Positions 27,010 to 38,651 of a DNA stretch of 64,000 bases are shown here, in pieces. Below the pieces are notes generated by a model. That model was not told the DNA's origin and did no database searches. It was given only the letters and a program-made list of their open reading frames with translations. The position numbers were made by a program, and so were the translations under genes. Source of the stretch: Bilabrum cf. latius (taxonomy: Eukaryota); NCBI GenBank assembly GCA_965178125.1, contig OZ237739.1:620001-684000 (forward strand). The letters run 5' to 3'. The first letter of the stretch is position 1; each line of letters starts with the position of its first letter.

Positions 27010-27646
27010 GGAAGCTGGCTACGACGCAGCACCTTGTTCCGACTCAGGCGAACTTGGTGTAGGCATTCCAGCCGGGCTCTAGCTAGCCTGCCTTGTAGTC
27101 TGTATACGAGCCCTCCCTGAGCGACGAGGACGGGTGGATGCCGAGGACTGCGGCCGTGTAAGCAGCGCAGCAGCCTGAGGCACTCCAGCTACGTGCTTGC
27201 CTATTGCTGCCACGGCCTCTTTGGCTTGTTTCTCGAAATCCATTCGACCAGCCGTCTGTTGGAACCTCTTTGACCTCCAGTACAACTTCTTAACAGTTTC
27301 ATGCGCTTCTTTATACTCTTTGCGGACCAACCTCGAGTTCTACAGCCTGCGAAATGTGACAGTGACCCACCTATCGTTGGCTCGCGACCGGACAGCGATG
27401 GGCCTTTCTTTGTCTTCCGCGCTCACACTTCCCCAAGGAACAACCTGCACAGACTCTGTACCCCCCCCTGATACTACTTGCCAGTATGCGGGAACTCCGG
27501 CAGCCAACTAATCTATTGCTTCCCGAGTGTCGGTTGGGACGGAGGGTTTGGGGATATGCGACAGCACATCCAGACCTGGCACCTCATCTGAGCGTGAAAC
27601 GCGGGGGACGGAGGTCATTGCTACGCTGTATGCACTCGATGATGAT

Positions 27647-27678
<32 letters not shown>

Positions 27679-30624
27679 TGATGATGTTGGCGCAGAAGCG
27701 CCGGCAGTCGGGGTCTTCAAAGCCGATTCGGACTAGGATCGCGCTTGTCTAGGCGATGCAGCGGAGACCGCACCCTGCCCGCGAGGCTCTGCCTGGTAGC
27801 TCATTCCATGAGAGGTCGCTGTCAAACTGCTACTGCTGCTGCTGCTGCTTTTATTGCTGCTGCCACTGCCGGCACTCGCTGTACACTACTACGAGTCCTG
27901 CTGGGCTCTGGCCAGCCGAATTCCGCGGGAGTCTGGTCCAGGACTGCTACTGTTTGCCGGCATAAGTCTGCCGCTGCTACCGCGTGCAGCAGGCTTTGAA
28001 ACATTTCGTCGCGAGGATGATTTCCGTGGAGGCATAACCTTGCTCCAGTACATGTGCCGCAACTCGTCGAACTCTGCAGCATCGACGTGATTGGCGTGTG
28101 CACCGAAGCAGATCCTCGAGAAAGTGGAAGCCAACCAGCCACCGCTTCTGTTCGGATCTCTACAAACGATAGTCTTGGTGTCACGCATAAGTCTGCTAGT
28201 GCTGTGAAGTGGCACGCGGGTCGGCCTCTTGGTGCTGTCGTCTAGCCAGTAGCAAGGCGCGCCATTCGCAAGTTCATGGCACATGGTCTTGTTGATGCCT
28301 TTGGGTACCTGTCGATCCAGATTCTCGAAAACAACCGCAAGCGGTAGGTCATGCTCATTGTTGCTGTCCTCTGCACCGCCGGAAGCTGTGCTTCGCTCAG
28401 ATGAATGGCGAATGTTTCGTGCTAAGCCAACACGAGATCGATCATTAATGCAGCCCCCATCTTCGTCGTCGTCGTCGTCATCATAATCATCATCGTTGTC
28501 GTGTTCCTCCTCACTGCCACTTGACCGGCCGCCAAGCACGGCGTCGGTCTGCTCGTGCTCAGTAGTGCTCCGACTCGGGCCCAATTCCATGTCCTCGGGC
28601 ACAGCCGAGCTTGGGAGAGAGCGAGCATTCGTACCAATCGAATTCTAAGGTGATGGGGCAGAAGAGGCGCTTCGACCTGGAGATATTGATCGCCTTGAAG
28701 ACCTGGCCCGTGCCACGCTGGCACGAGCTTCTGCATTGATGGCGCTGGCACCGGGGTCCAGATTCTCCCTTTCCGAGCCAAGCAATGCGGCAGCAATCTC
28801 TGACCTTTTACGCTCAGTGCTTTGCGCTGCAACAGTCAGATGCGACTCACTGCTGCTCGCAGATTCTTCTACTGAAGTCTTCGATGCTAAGAGAGCGCAG
28901 GTCGCTGGATCCTAAGTCGGACTCGGGCCCAAGCTGCCTTCTTCCTGCCCCTGCCGTGGAGCAGACCCACCCGATGCAACGCCAGACCCTGTCCCAGATC
29001 CAGTCACAGTCGCTGTCGACTGGCCACTCGCTGCCTGCCCCTGCCGTGGAGCAGACCCACCCGATGCAACGCCAGACCCTGTCCCAGATCCAGTCACAGT
29101 CGCTGTCGACTGGCCACTGGCTGCCTGCCCCTGCCGTGGAGCAGACCCACCCGATGCAACGCCAGACCCTGTCCCAGATCCAGTCACAGTCGCTGTCGAC
29201 TGGCCACTCGCTGCCTGCCCCTGCCGTGGAGCAGACCCACCCGATGCAACGCCAGACCCTGTCCCAGATCCAGTCACAGTCGCAGTCGACTGGCCACTGG
29301 CTGCCTGCCCCTGCCGTGGAGCACACCCACCCGATACAACGCCAGACCCTGTCCCAGATCCAGTCACAGTCGCAGTCGACTGGCCACTGGCTGCCTGCCC
29401 CTGCCGTGGAGCAGACCCACCCGATGCAACGCCAGACCCTGTCCCAGATCCAGTCACAGTCGCAGTCGACTGGCCACTCGCTGCCTGCCCCTGCCGTGGA
29501 GCAGACCCACCCGATGCAACGCCAGACCCTGTCCCAGATCCAGTCACAGTCGCTGTCGACTGGCCACTCGCTGCCTGCCCCTGCCGTGGAGCAGACCCAC
29601 CCGATGCTACGCCAGACCCTGTCCCAGATCCAGTCACAGTCACTGTCGACTGGCCACTGGCTGCCTGCCCCACAGGTCCCTAGGCCTCCACTTGAGCCGG
29701 CTAAGAAATAGGCAGCCTTTTGTTTCTGACGAAATCTAAAGTGCCAGTGCTGCTAGGCCTCAATGCAGAACCAGGTTGATGAGCTGGCCAGGGAGAATCG
29801 CGCTTCGCTTCGATTCCCAGCACGGGAATCGCAGCGCCCGGAAACTCGCGCCTAGGGCGCTTTGCAGCAGGACCAGTACTGTCTAAGATGGTGCCACCTT
29901 CTCTGTCAGCATGATTGTTAACCGGTTTGGATTGGTTTGGATGGCCGGTTGGCTTGGCTTCCGGGTAGTCGGCCGTTGCATCTCGGGTCGCAGCCACATG
30001 CTTTGCCGACTGTGTCAATGTGCTCACAACCTTGTCTCCAGCTGAAAGGGGCAAGCCATCCTGATTGGGTGCTGGATCCTCGCTGCTCTGGCGCTTCCTT
30101 TTCCCCCCGAGCCTGAGCTCATCCGTGTCGACAACAGCGAGCCCGATCTCCGCGTGGGATCCTTGAACAGGCAGCGATGCTGCCGCTTGTTGTGCAAAAG
30201 CTACGATTTCCATGTTCTGTACGGATAAGTTTGGCAATTTGGCGCTTCTCTTGCTCCCCAATCTCTGCGCTAGTGGTTGCAAGCCTTTGGCACCTGCAAG
30301 GTCCATTTCTACGCTTTGCGCTGAACTCTAAGGAAAGCCACTTCCAGATGAATCCACAAGATTCGAACCCACAGAATCAGATATACCTCGAATCGCCATA
30401 GTGTCCCTCTGTGACGCCCATGTTGCGAGACGAGCAGAAAAGAGTTTCTCTCGTTCTAGTAGACTCCTCTCCCTCTCCATTATTGCCTCCTCTCTGCTGA
30501 GCAGTGCCCTCTCTCTCATTTCTATTGCCTTATATCGCGCATCGGCGGCACTGTCCCTTGCTGGTACGTGTGCAGTGCCCTGGTCGACTCGCAATAATTT
30601 ATTAGTTGCTTCATGATGCTGCAT
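26938..30624 (-). CDS. Novel-domain family protein 6 (~1228 aa): coiled coil, KRKR motif, 8x30-aa repeat, poly-Asp/poly-Ser tracts, two domain copies
   Basis: ATG at 30624; ~12 TAGs join ORFs 30328..30639, 29701..30306, 28912..29673, 27889..28602, 27508..27720 and 27079..27330; ends DDDDDDDDDGEVVLIENDKHED-TGA. Confidence 0.85.
28944..29671. repeat. Coding minisatellite, 8 copies of a 90-bp unit (GQAASGQSTATVTGSGTGSGVASGGSAPRQ on the minus strand)
   Basis: ctgccgtggagca recurs at 28951, 29041, 29131, 29221, 29311, 29401, 29491 and 29581; few substitutions between units. Confidence 0.95.
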
Positions 30625-30744
30625 TATAGAAGTCGTCAAATTTGTTGGACGAGCAGGAAAACTGGTAGCAGCTGTCGCAAAAGAACAAAAGTTCAGCTCT
30701 TTAGGTTCAACAAAGGATTATGTCGGTATGAAAAGCAGGTCAAT

Positions 30745-32486
30745 ACCGGTCACTCACCGGCAAGGCAAAAAGACACGCAACCTTCGAGTCTGGTCCGGGT
30801 GGAGGGCTTGGGCTCACTCGGCCCAGTCTCCCCCAACCAGACGCACTATCCCAGCCTACTACTCCCGCCCCTTCACTTCTCACCAACTCCGTGTGGCAGC
30901 CGGCTGACCCTCTAGCCGCCCAGCTAGTGGTCCTGCGAATCTCCTCCGGTGCCTCCACCGCCGGCCGTCCGGTCCCTACTCATCGTCATCGCCCTTCCCT
31001 CTGACGTCCCACTCGGTGTCTGAATGATTCCCTTTTCGAGGCGCAATTGGTATATCCGGCGCCTGGGAGCAGTGATTGCTGGCAGGGGTCAGGCTCGACC
31101 CTGCCCAGCACTTGTTCCCTCGGGCCCCCAACCTGATGGTCAGGTACCCTCAGGACTCCCCACGCCGGGACTCGACCTAGAGTCGGCAATCCCCCAAAAG
31201 GAAAAAAAATCAAACTGAGCTAGCCCACCCCCACGATCGCTCCCATCGCCTACCTCCTCGGCTAGGGCCTGCGTCGTGACAGAGGCTGGCGCGGTCGTCA
31301 CCCAGCTACCATTGAGGGCCAATCGCCCCACCACCCCAGTACCAGGTATAGCTGCTTTACCGCTCTTCCGCCCCACCGTGGGGGCATCAGAGCAGTGGTT
31401 AGCCGCGCAGGAATCGTCCCGCCCATGCTATGGCATTGGCTCCCTGCTGCCGCCACAGCTCCAGACTCTCCTCTCTAGCTGTGCAGACCCACACTCTGAG
31501 GCTTCGCCGTCCGGGCGTCGCTCCCAGTCCCCGCGCAATACGCCACCCCATTGGACGGGGCTCGCCAGCGCACGCGAAGGGCAGTGTGTGTTCTGGGCCC
31601 GGCCACCGCCGATCATTGGCCTCACCCCTCCCCACAGCGCAGGTACCAGGCATCCGGATGTACGTTCTGCCGTTTCGGCCCGTGCCATCGTTCAACGTAG
31701 GTCCTGCGAGTGTACGAGGACAGAGCGACCAGGTGTGTGCGTTCCGGTGTAAGACCAACGCGCCACCCTGGCTGACATTCATCAACCGCACTATTGCGGC
31801 CGCCCTGCCTTCCGGTGGCTAGCATTGCGCTGCCACCGGCGGGTTCTCGCTGTTACTGCAGGCCCTCTGCAGCTCCAGCATTAGCTTCCGATCGTCGAGT
31901 CGCCTCCCTGGCTCGCACGTTCAAGTGCGTTGCGCGGATGTAAGATCTCTCCCATTCCGTGCGAGCCTCGCCTTTACTCAGCTTTTACACGAGAACCTGC
32001 CCCGGGGCTGGTATGGCACGATTGTCAATGTAAGTATACTCTCCTACAGGTCAAGTCCGGGTCTGCCCAACCGTGGGTGACGTTCCAGTCCCGAGCTGCA
32101 AGACTCAGCGCTTGCTGTTATTGAGCAACGGAGGGGCACATAGCGGCTAGCTGGCGTGCGCCCTCTCGGAGTATACCTAGTTGTCAGTCGTACCACACAC
32201 CTCCCGGTGCAGGCCGCCGTGTCTGCAGTCAATGTGGCTCCTGCCATACTTTCCATCTGGTCGCCTGCTAGCTTCACCTTGCTGCTGGCCTCCAACCGAA
32301 CAGGGCTGTCGCACCACAGCCCCTCTTCCTCCTTCACCCTCCGCGCCCGCATGCACTGATGTGCTTCCGCCTCCCGTTGCCTTCGTCTTCGGCCTTCCCC
32401 TCCCGGTCCGTTAGCGCACTGACGCGGGATGGGAATAAAAAGAAAGAAAAAATCCTCTGGTAATCCTCTTGAAGTGAATGACCGGT
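30745..32486. mobile_element. Possible non-autonomous or degenerate insertion bounded by imperfect 13-bp inverted repeats
   Basis: accggtcactcac (30745-30757) versus gtgaatgaccggt (32474-32486), a 12/13 inverted match, in an unusually long intergenic gap with no credible ORF. No transposase and no clear target-site duplication. Confidence 0.25.
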
Positions 32487-32847
32487 CATGCTGTCTGGTA
32501 TACGCCGCGCATGATTGGTGCAGCGGATCCTCCCAGCCCACTCGTCACGGTCGCGGTCTGATCAATTCACCAGTAGACGCTACCGTAGTCCAATGGGGGC
32601 TTTAAGTCGCTTGGGCTTGCTTAGGGGACTCAGGGCCGGGCTAGCCGAGTTTGGATTTTACTTGCATGCCGTGTACGGTACTAGCTATGGGTCATATTCA
32701 GAGCTATAGTTGAGCAAGTCAAGTCGCTATCACGCTGGAGCAGGAACTGAAGCAGGACGCACCCAATCAAATGTGAGCAGCTCGAACAAACTACCTTTTT
32801 GCCTATTAATGCTCAACCATCGGGCAATTGCAGGCAGTAGGAATAGC

Positions 32848-35800
32848 TCAGACAATCAACTCTGGCAGGCCCTCAATTGCACTCGCCTCAACACTGTCGA
32901 TGCTCTGCGTGCCTGGCCAAGAGAGCGGCTCCACCGGAACAGTCAGGTCCTCTATCTCCTACACCTCATCGTCAATCTAGCCCGTAGATGAGCCGCCGCT
33001 CCAAACCCCCCTGCCCTGCCTAGCTGCGGCTTCCCGTGGGGCCTCCCAGCCAACCGAAGCAGACGCAAGCCCGTCTTCAAGCCTCCGGCTCGGCCTGCGG
33101 TCCCGCCGCGGCCGGCGCACCGACTCGACCCCATTGCCAACACCAACACGGAGGCCCATATCTGGCGCGGTGCTGCCAGCCATGAAGGCATTCGGCGCGC
33201 CAGCAGGCTCCAGTTGTGCACTTCTTGCGCGGGCCGCACCAGATCCTGCAGAAGAACTGGAGACTGCAGATGAGCTCGGGGCCGATAACGAGCTCCAACG
33301 GTGGGCTGGGGCCGACGCATGCGAGTTGAAGAAGGGGGACTACCTGGATGCGGGCGCAATGGCGGAAGCTGACACTCCTTGCGGTGGGCCCGCAGCAAAC
33401 GGAGAAGCGCCCCCAGCATTTTGCAGAGACGGCTACTTGCTGAGGAGGGCGGGACCATCGCCCGTGACTGAGGCATCCCATCCTGCCGAAGACCCATCTC
33501 CACGTGAACTGCTCGACCCAGACGAGTGGAATGGCAGGCTGCGACCAGCGGCTCTAGGAGGCGGATGGACGCTGGAAAGAGTCGCAGTTGCTTCTTGCTG
33601 CGTCGTGCTGCTCGTGCTGGCAGCGACTGGAAGCGATGACTGCGTGCGAGCTCTGCCGCTGCTGCCTGCTGCAATTCGAGCCACCGAGCTGATGCGCTTC
33701 ATTCGCCAGTATCTCCTCTTGATTGAATGGAACACTTCCTTAGATAGGTTGCCCTTGTTGCTCTACTGCTCAATGCGGGAGAACGACGATGCCACCCACC
33801 GAGACTCGGCAGAACTCCAAGCCACGACGCAGCCGCGATAGTTCGAACTTGTCAGGCTGTTCTCTTCTACCGGCAGTACTGACATTCCGGGGTCCTCGTC
33901 ACCAGAACCTTTGCAAGCGTGGTATGCAACCCCTCCTTGCGCCAGTTCCTACGCCAGAGCCAGGCTATCGGCACGACATACGCTCCTTGGCAATTCCTGC
34001 AACAAAGCAAGAGGTGGAACTTTGCAGCCTCGATCAGCACACTGTGTGCTGAAGGAATCGCCTCTTGGTCTGGATGGAAGGTGGCCTCCCTGGCCCATGG
34101 ATGCTTGCGGGCTTGCTTGGTGTCTTTGGCCGATAGCCTTGCCTCTAGCTGGATTGAGTGCGTTAGCACTGCCTCCACGTGGTCTCTCAGACCGCCCTTT
34201 TCTGTGTGGGCGATGATGCTTGCGCTGACCGGCACGCACCCACGCTGACAAAGCAGCTTGCTGCGCAATAGGCAGCGCCCCGTTCTTGAAGAGACCTCGG
34301 AGTCGAGACAGGCTTGACACGAGCCAAGTTGTACCAGACTGAGAGCGACAAGCGATTGGTGCGCTACATCTAGCCATGTTGGAAAAATAAGATCCATCAA
34401 TCTGCTTAACAGTGTTGCCGTCAGCAGACATGCCGAACACGGGCTGCCCGGCAACGAGCTGGCGATATATTCCAATCGACACCGACCCTGGGATGCGCAC
34501 ACCTGCTAAATTGCGCTGCAAAATTGATGCAGGTGGCAAGTAGCCAGGTGTATTATTCGTAGCACCGGCTGTGGAGCAGGCACCTTGGCGCGTGCTCTCA
34601 TCCTATGAGAGCTCCGCCTCAGTCTCGGCCTGGATGGCTCGCCGCCTCACCTGGAAAGTGCTACCCGTCCGTCGAATCTTGCTCGGAGGTTCGGACTAAT
34701 CTGCCTCATGATCTGACTGATAGGCATCTGCCCCGACTAGCCAGGAGCAGTAGTGTCTCACAACAGCTTCGCACTTGCGCCGCGAGGCCTCGTCCACCGA
34801 CCCATGCTTTGAGGCACGACAGAGATGGTAAAACGAGGTGACCAGCCAAGCTTCGCGGCTGGCACTGATGCAACAGACAGGCCTTCTTTCATGAAAGCGA
34901 GACACGCCCCTGATTGGGACCTCAACAACTTGGCTGCTAGTTGGGTCAATCCAGAGGCACGGTGCCCGGTTGCAGCAATGCTCGGCAAACTTGATAGACA
35001 CTGCGGGGTTTGATAACTTGATCGGTCGCTCAAGCATGAATTTTGGTGGCATGCTCGACGTTTTTCTTGAGCAGACCCACTCTACGGGGATCTCGGCACA
35101 AGATTGATGCTGCCAAAGCCTCGACCGAGCCAAGTATAGCAGCTTCTTCCCATCGGCCTGGTCCGAGTAGCATGCCAGTTCTATTCGATGCATTGATGTT
35201 ACCATCCATCCTGACCCAAGCTCTACAGCTAAAAGATCATGGGCTGTAGACCTAGAGAGGTTGTTTGGGGGTACCGGCACGACTGCTTGTTGCCCACGAT
35301 CTGATTCACGAAGGCAGTAAACCTGCGCTCCATCTGCAATCCTGCGTGCTGCAGCGCAAACCATTCCAAGTGATGTACCTTGCTGCTTATCTTTGAATAC
35401 ACTCATGGGAGGAGCCTAGTGGTCAACCTGGCTGTGCTGCTGCTCTCGTGAGGCTGTTGGCGAGGCCAGGGAGTGCACTGGGTTGGCCGGAGAGGAGGGC
35501 AGGGAACTGCTGGCATGGTGCCTTGCCTGGTCCCTCGACCCAGCTTCGCCGGACATTCGAACCAGACCACGAGATTTTTGCGCTTTTCGAAACCGTTCAA
35601 GCTTAGCTCGATAGTCCTGCCACCATTCGGGACTTCCTTCATCACGGGCACGAGCGCGAGGCACACGCGGGCTGGAAGAGTTGACCAAGAGCCTACGATG
35701 ACTGCGGCGTCTGGACCGTGGCAACTTCCACGCTTCTGTGCCATCCTCAATTTCACTGTCTTCGTCTGAGTGCGCCACCCCAGTAGACCCCTCCTCATCC

Positions 35801-37296
35801 TCATCCGCATCATCAAGATCACTAAGCATGAAAGACGCTGCTGGTGGCAGTGAGACGAGCCCGCTAGTGCTCCTGCGCTGCGATGAAGTCGTCAATGCAG
35901 CTAATGAATTTGGTGGGCTTAGTGGCGCGAACGACACTGGCGATGGCGCACCGCTGCGATTGCTCTCATTTCGCAGTAATCGAGAATCCTAGTCCACTCT
36001 AACACCCCCGGATTCGCCCCGCATGGCGACCTGCGGCGAGCCTGTAGTCTGTGTAGGACTGCGTGATCCCGACTGAGCCCCAGGAGGAACTGTCGAGGGA
36101 CTGCGTGATCCCGACTGAGCCCCAGGAGGAACTGTCGAGGATTGGTCTAGCTCCAGCTCGCAGGCGAGCTTTGCGATTTCTGACAGCGGGGAGGGCAGTG
36201 TCGGTGGCGAGCCCGAGCCAGACGTCCCTTCGCGACTCGACCTCGGGTGTCTCACTCCCGCCAGGGCCAACGAAGCCGCAATACCGAGCTGCTTCTGCAG
36301 ATTGCGGAGCGCTTCATCCCTACCCGCACCGCTTGCAGCACTTGCCGTCGCCTGCGAGCCACCACTTGCAGCCCTTGCCGTCGCCTGCGAAGGGGTGTCT
36401 CTGGTGTTGAGCTCACCCTCTCGCCTGTCCGTGCCCCTCTTGCTGCCCATGTCGTGGACACTGGCCCTGGCGGTTGGAGGCAGAGCTGCCCGTGTGGATT
36501 CGGCGAAGTCTGCAACAAGACCCTATGAACCAACTTGCTAAAGTTTCTTTGGACTGTGGCGGAGCCGCGCCGCCTAGACCTGCACTTCAGGCGGTTCTTG
36601 GCTGCGCACATTATGGCCAACAGCGCCACCACTGGCTACGGCTGACCGCTTCCTTGGATCGCCCAGCTTGTCACTGTCTGGAATATCAGGGCCTGGCGAT
36701 TTTCTGTAAATCATGTACTCCATTTCTTTTGGTTTACCAACACGATGCCTCTTTCGTCCCCTTATTGTCGCGTTGGACGAATCCTGCGCACGGGAGCTGC
36801 TTGACATGCAATCCGAGCCCAGACTTCTTCCCGATTGGTGCTGGGTATGTGCAATAACAGTTAAGGCGTCCTACTGCTCCGGTGACGCCCGACTCAATGA
36901 TCCAGCCCCCTGGTGCGTGGCGATCGATGACAGCTATAGCGCTACTTGCTCAATTGCGGTCTCCCGGGCGCTCACAGCTCGCTCTCTGGCTGCCAGGCTG
37001 CGTCGCATGTGAATAAGCGCTTTTTCCTACAGATCAAGCGCCTTCTATCGCAATGATAATGACGTGAGAAGTCCGGTCCGAAACGTATCAAGCAGTCCCT
37101 GCGGTGCAGTGTCCCCACTCTCGCTCTATTTTACATATTTCTGAGCAGTAGCTCCACGGCTGATATCAACTCTCTTCTATAAGGAGTCAGTTATGCTTAT
37201 GCGCCTACCATTCCGGGAAAGTAGACCTCTTTGCTCGGGTGCATCGCAAACCTGCTGACCTGACTCGGAGTGAGGGGGTTTATAGGGCACAGACAT
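32848..37296 (-). CDS. Novel-domain family protein 7 (~1482 aa): coiled coil, RGRKRHR motif, long disordered region, four domain copies
   Basis: ATG at 37296 (MSVPYKPP); ~19 TAGs join ORFs 36574..36807, 35989..36450, 35416..35937, 34696..35406, 33949..34539, 33433..33735 and 32977..33183; ends TGA at 32848. Confidence 0.85.
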
Positions 37297-37551
37297 GCGC
37301 TTCGCTAATCCACTTCAACCACCAAATATTATGCTTATACGAGCACCTAAGCACAACCGTTGAGTGGTTCGACTGGGGCTGCCTTCGGTGAAAGACGATC
37401 GACTTAGATATTTATGTTATTCTAACTGCACGCTACCCTGGCTACGAAGTCATTCGAAAAAATATCAGATCCCCCCCAGTCACCCGAAGGCTACTTCGAC
37501 CGGGAGGGTACATCTCACTGACCAGCTCAAGGTGCGTCAGCTGCTAGCTCC

Positions 37552-38205
37552 ATGGAGGTTCTGCACACATCTGGAGCTCCAACTGCAAGTGCTAGACCAG
37601 GGGATGTAATAGGCCAGCAAGGTCAGGGCCAAGGCCGCCTGCCTTGTCCCAAACACTCCCAGATCCATCATATGGTAGTGCTCCTGCCGGATTCGCAGCC
37701 TGCACTATCCCCACTTGTGCTGCTGCTTGCGCCGCCTCGGGGGTGCCAGCTCCGGTTGGAGATAGAAGAAATCCTTGGATATATGTTTGAGTCAAAGCAC
37801 ACACTACCTGACTACAACGACCACCCCGGGGGTAGAACGCACTGGGCAGGTCGAACGGATCAGCAAGCTGACGCCATGGGCTCCGCAAGCTGGGCTGCTC
37901 GTCCGCGGAGAATTAGTGCTGCTTGCGGTCCATCCGCGTTCGCGATGCCTTCGTGCTCGATTGCATTCGGACCAGCCACCTCGTCCAGTGCTGTACCTCC
38001 AGCTCCTACTGCAGCTACAGCAGATACTGCGGGCAGAGCTGGCGCTTCAGCTGCATCCAAACACCACCAGCTCCACCAACATGCTGCGGTGCCGCTCCTG
38101 GCTGCGCAGCTCCCGCTGCCAGCTCTCCCTCTTGACCGCCAAGAGAGAAAGAGAGAGCGCAAATAGATTATCAGCACGCATGTAGCTGCTGCGCTGCGAT
38201 TTTAA
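37552..38205 (+). CDS. Possible small hypothetical protein (~217 aa)
   Basis: ATG-initiated ORF 37552..38166 extends through TAG to TAA at 38203-38205; no recognisable motif and competing frames exist. Confidence 0.25.
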
Positions 38206-38651
38206 TCCTCTTGCGCTGTGGAGCGGTTGCAACTGCCAGTGAACTTTCAAGAAGAAGGAACCAAGTTGCGACCAACAGCAGACACCACTAAGCGAGCGCC
38301 GCAAGACTGTCTCCCGGGACACACTGTGCTTAAACCTGTGGAAATCACGTGCATTAACGTTGCAGCTAACCCAATTTTGACAGTACGTCCATCTGCTGCG
38401 CTTGTGAGATATGAATATTGCCAAATGATTGCATGTGATTGTGGAAAAGCGGGCTAGGGACGTAGACAACCTAAAAGATCATCGCACTGGGGCTTTAACT
38501 CACGAGTGGGCACCATTCTCAACTGAATTGAAGACGTGTCATTATCGTTTGCAATCCCCTACCTTATTCAAGGACAATTGACATCAAGAGCATAATAGCG
38601 CAGACGAACAGGAAATAACGAGTGCTTGGTTCGCAAACTAGGCCCATGTCC

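Noticed and set aside
26979-27686. (CAT)n and (GAT/GAC)n microsatellites read as poly-His or poly-Asp plus-strand ORFs
   Set aside because: They encode poly-Asp and poly-Ser in the minus-strand gene 26938..30624.
28944-29671. CRISPR-like array, or plus-strand 308-aa ORF 28785..29711
   Set aside because: The units are fully repeated with no unique spacers and no cas genes; the minus frame is continuous with the flanking gene.
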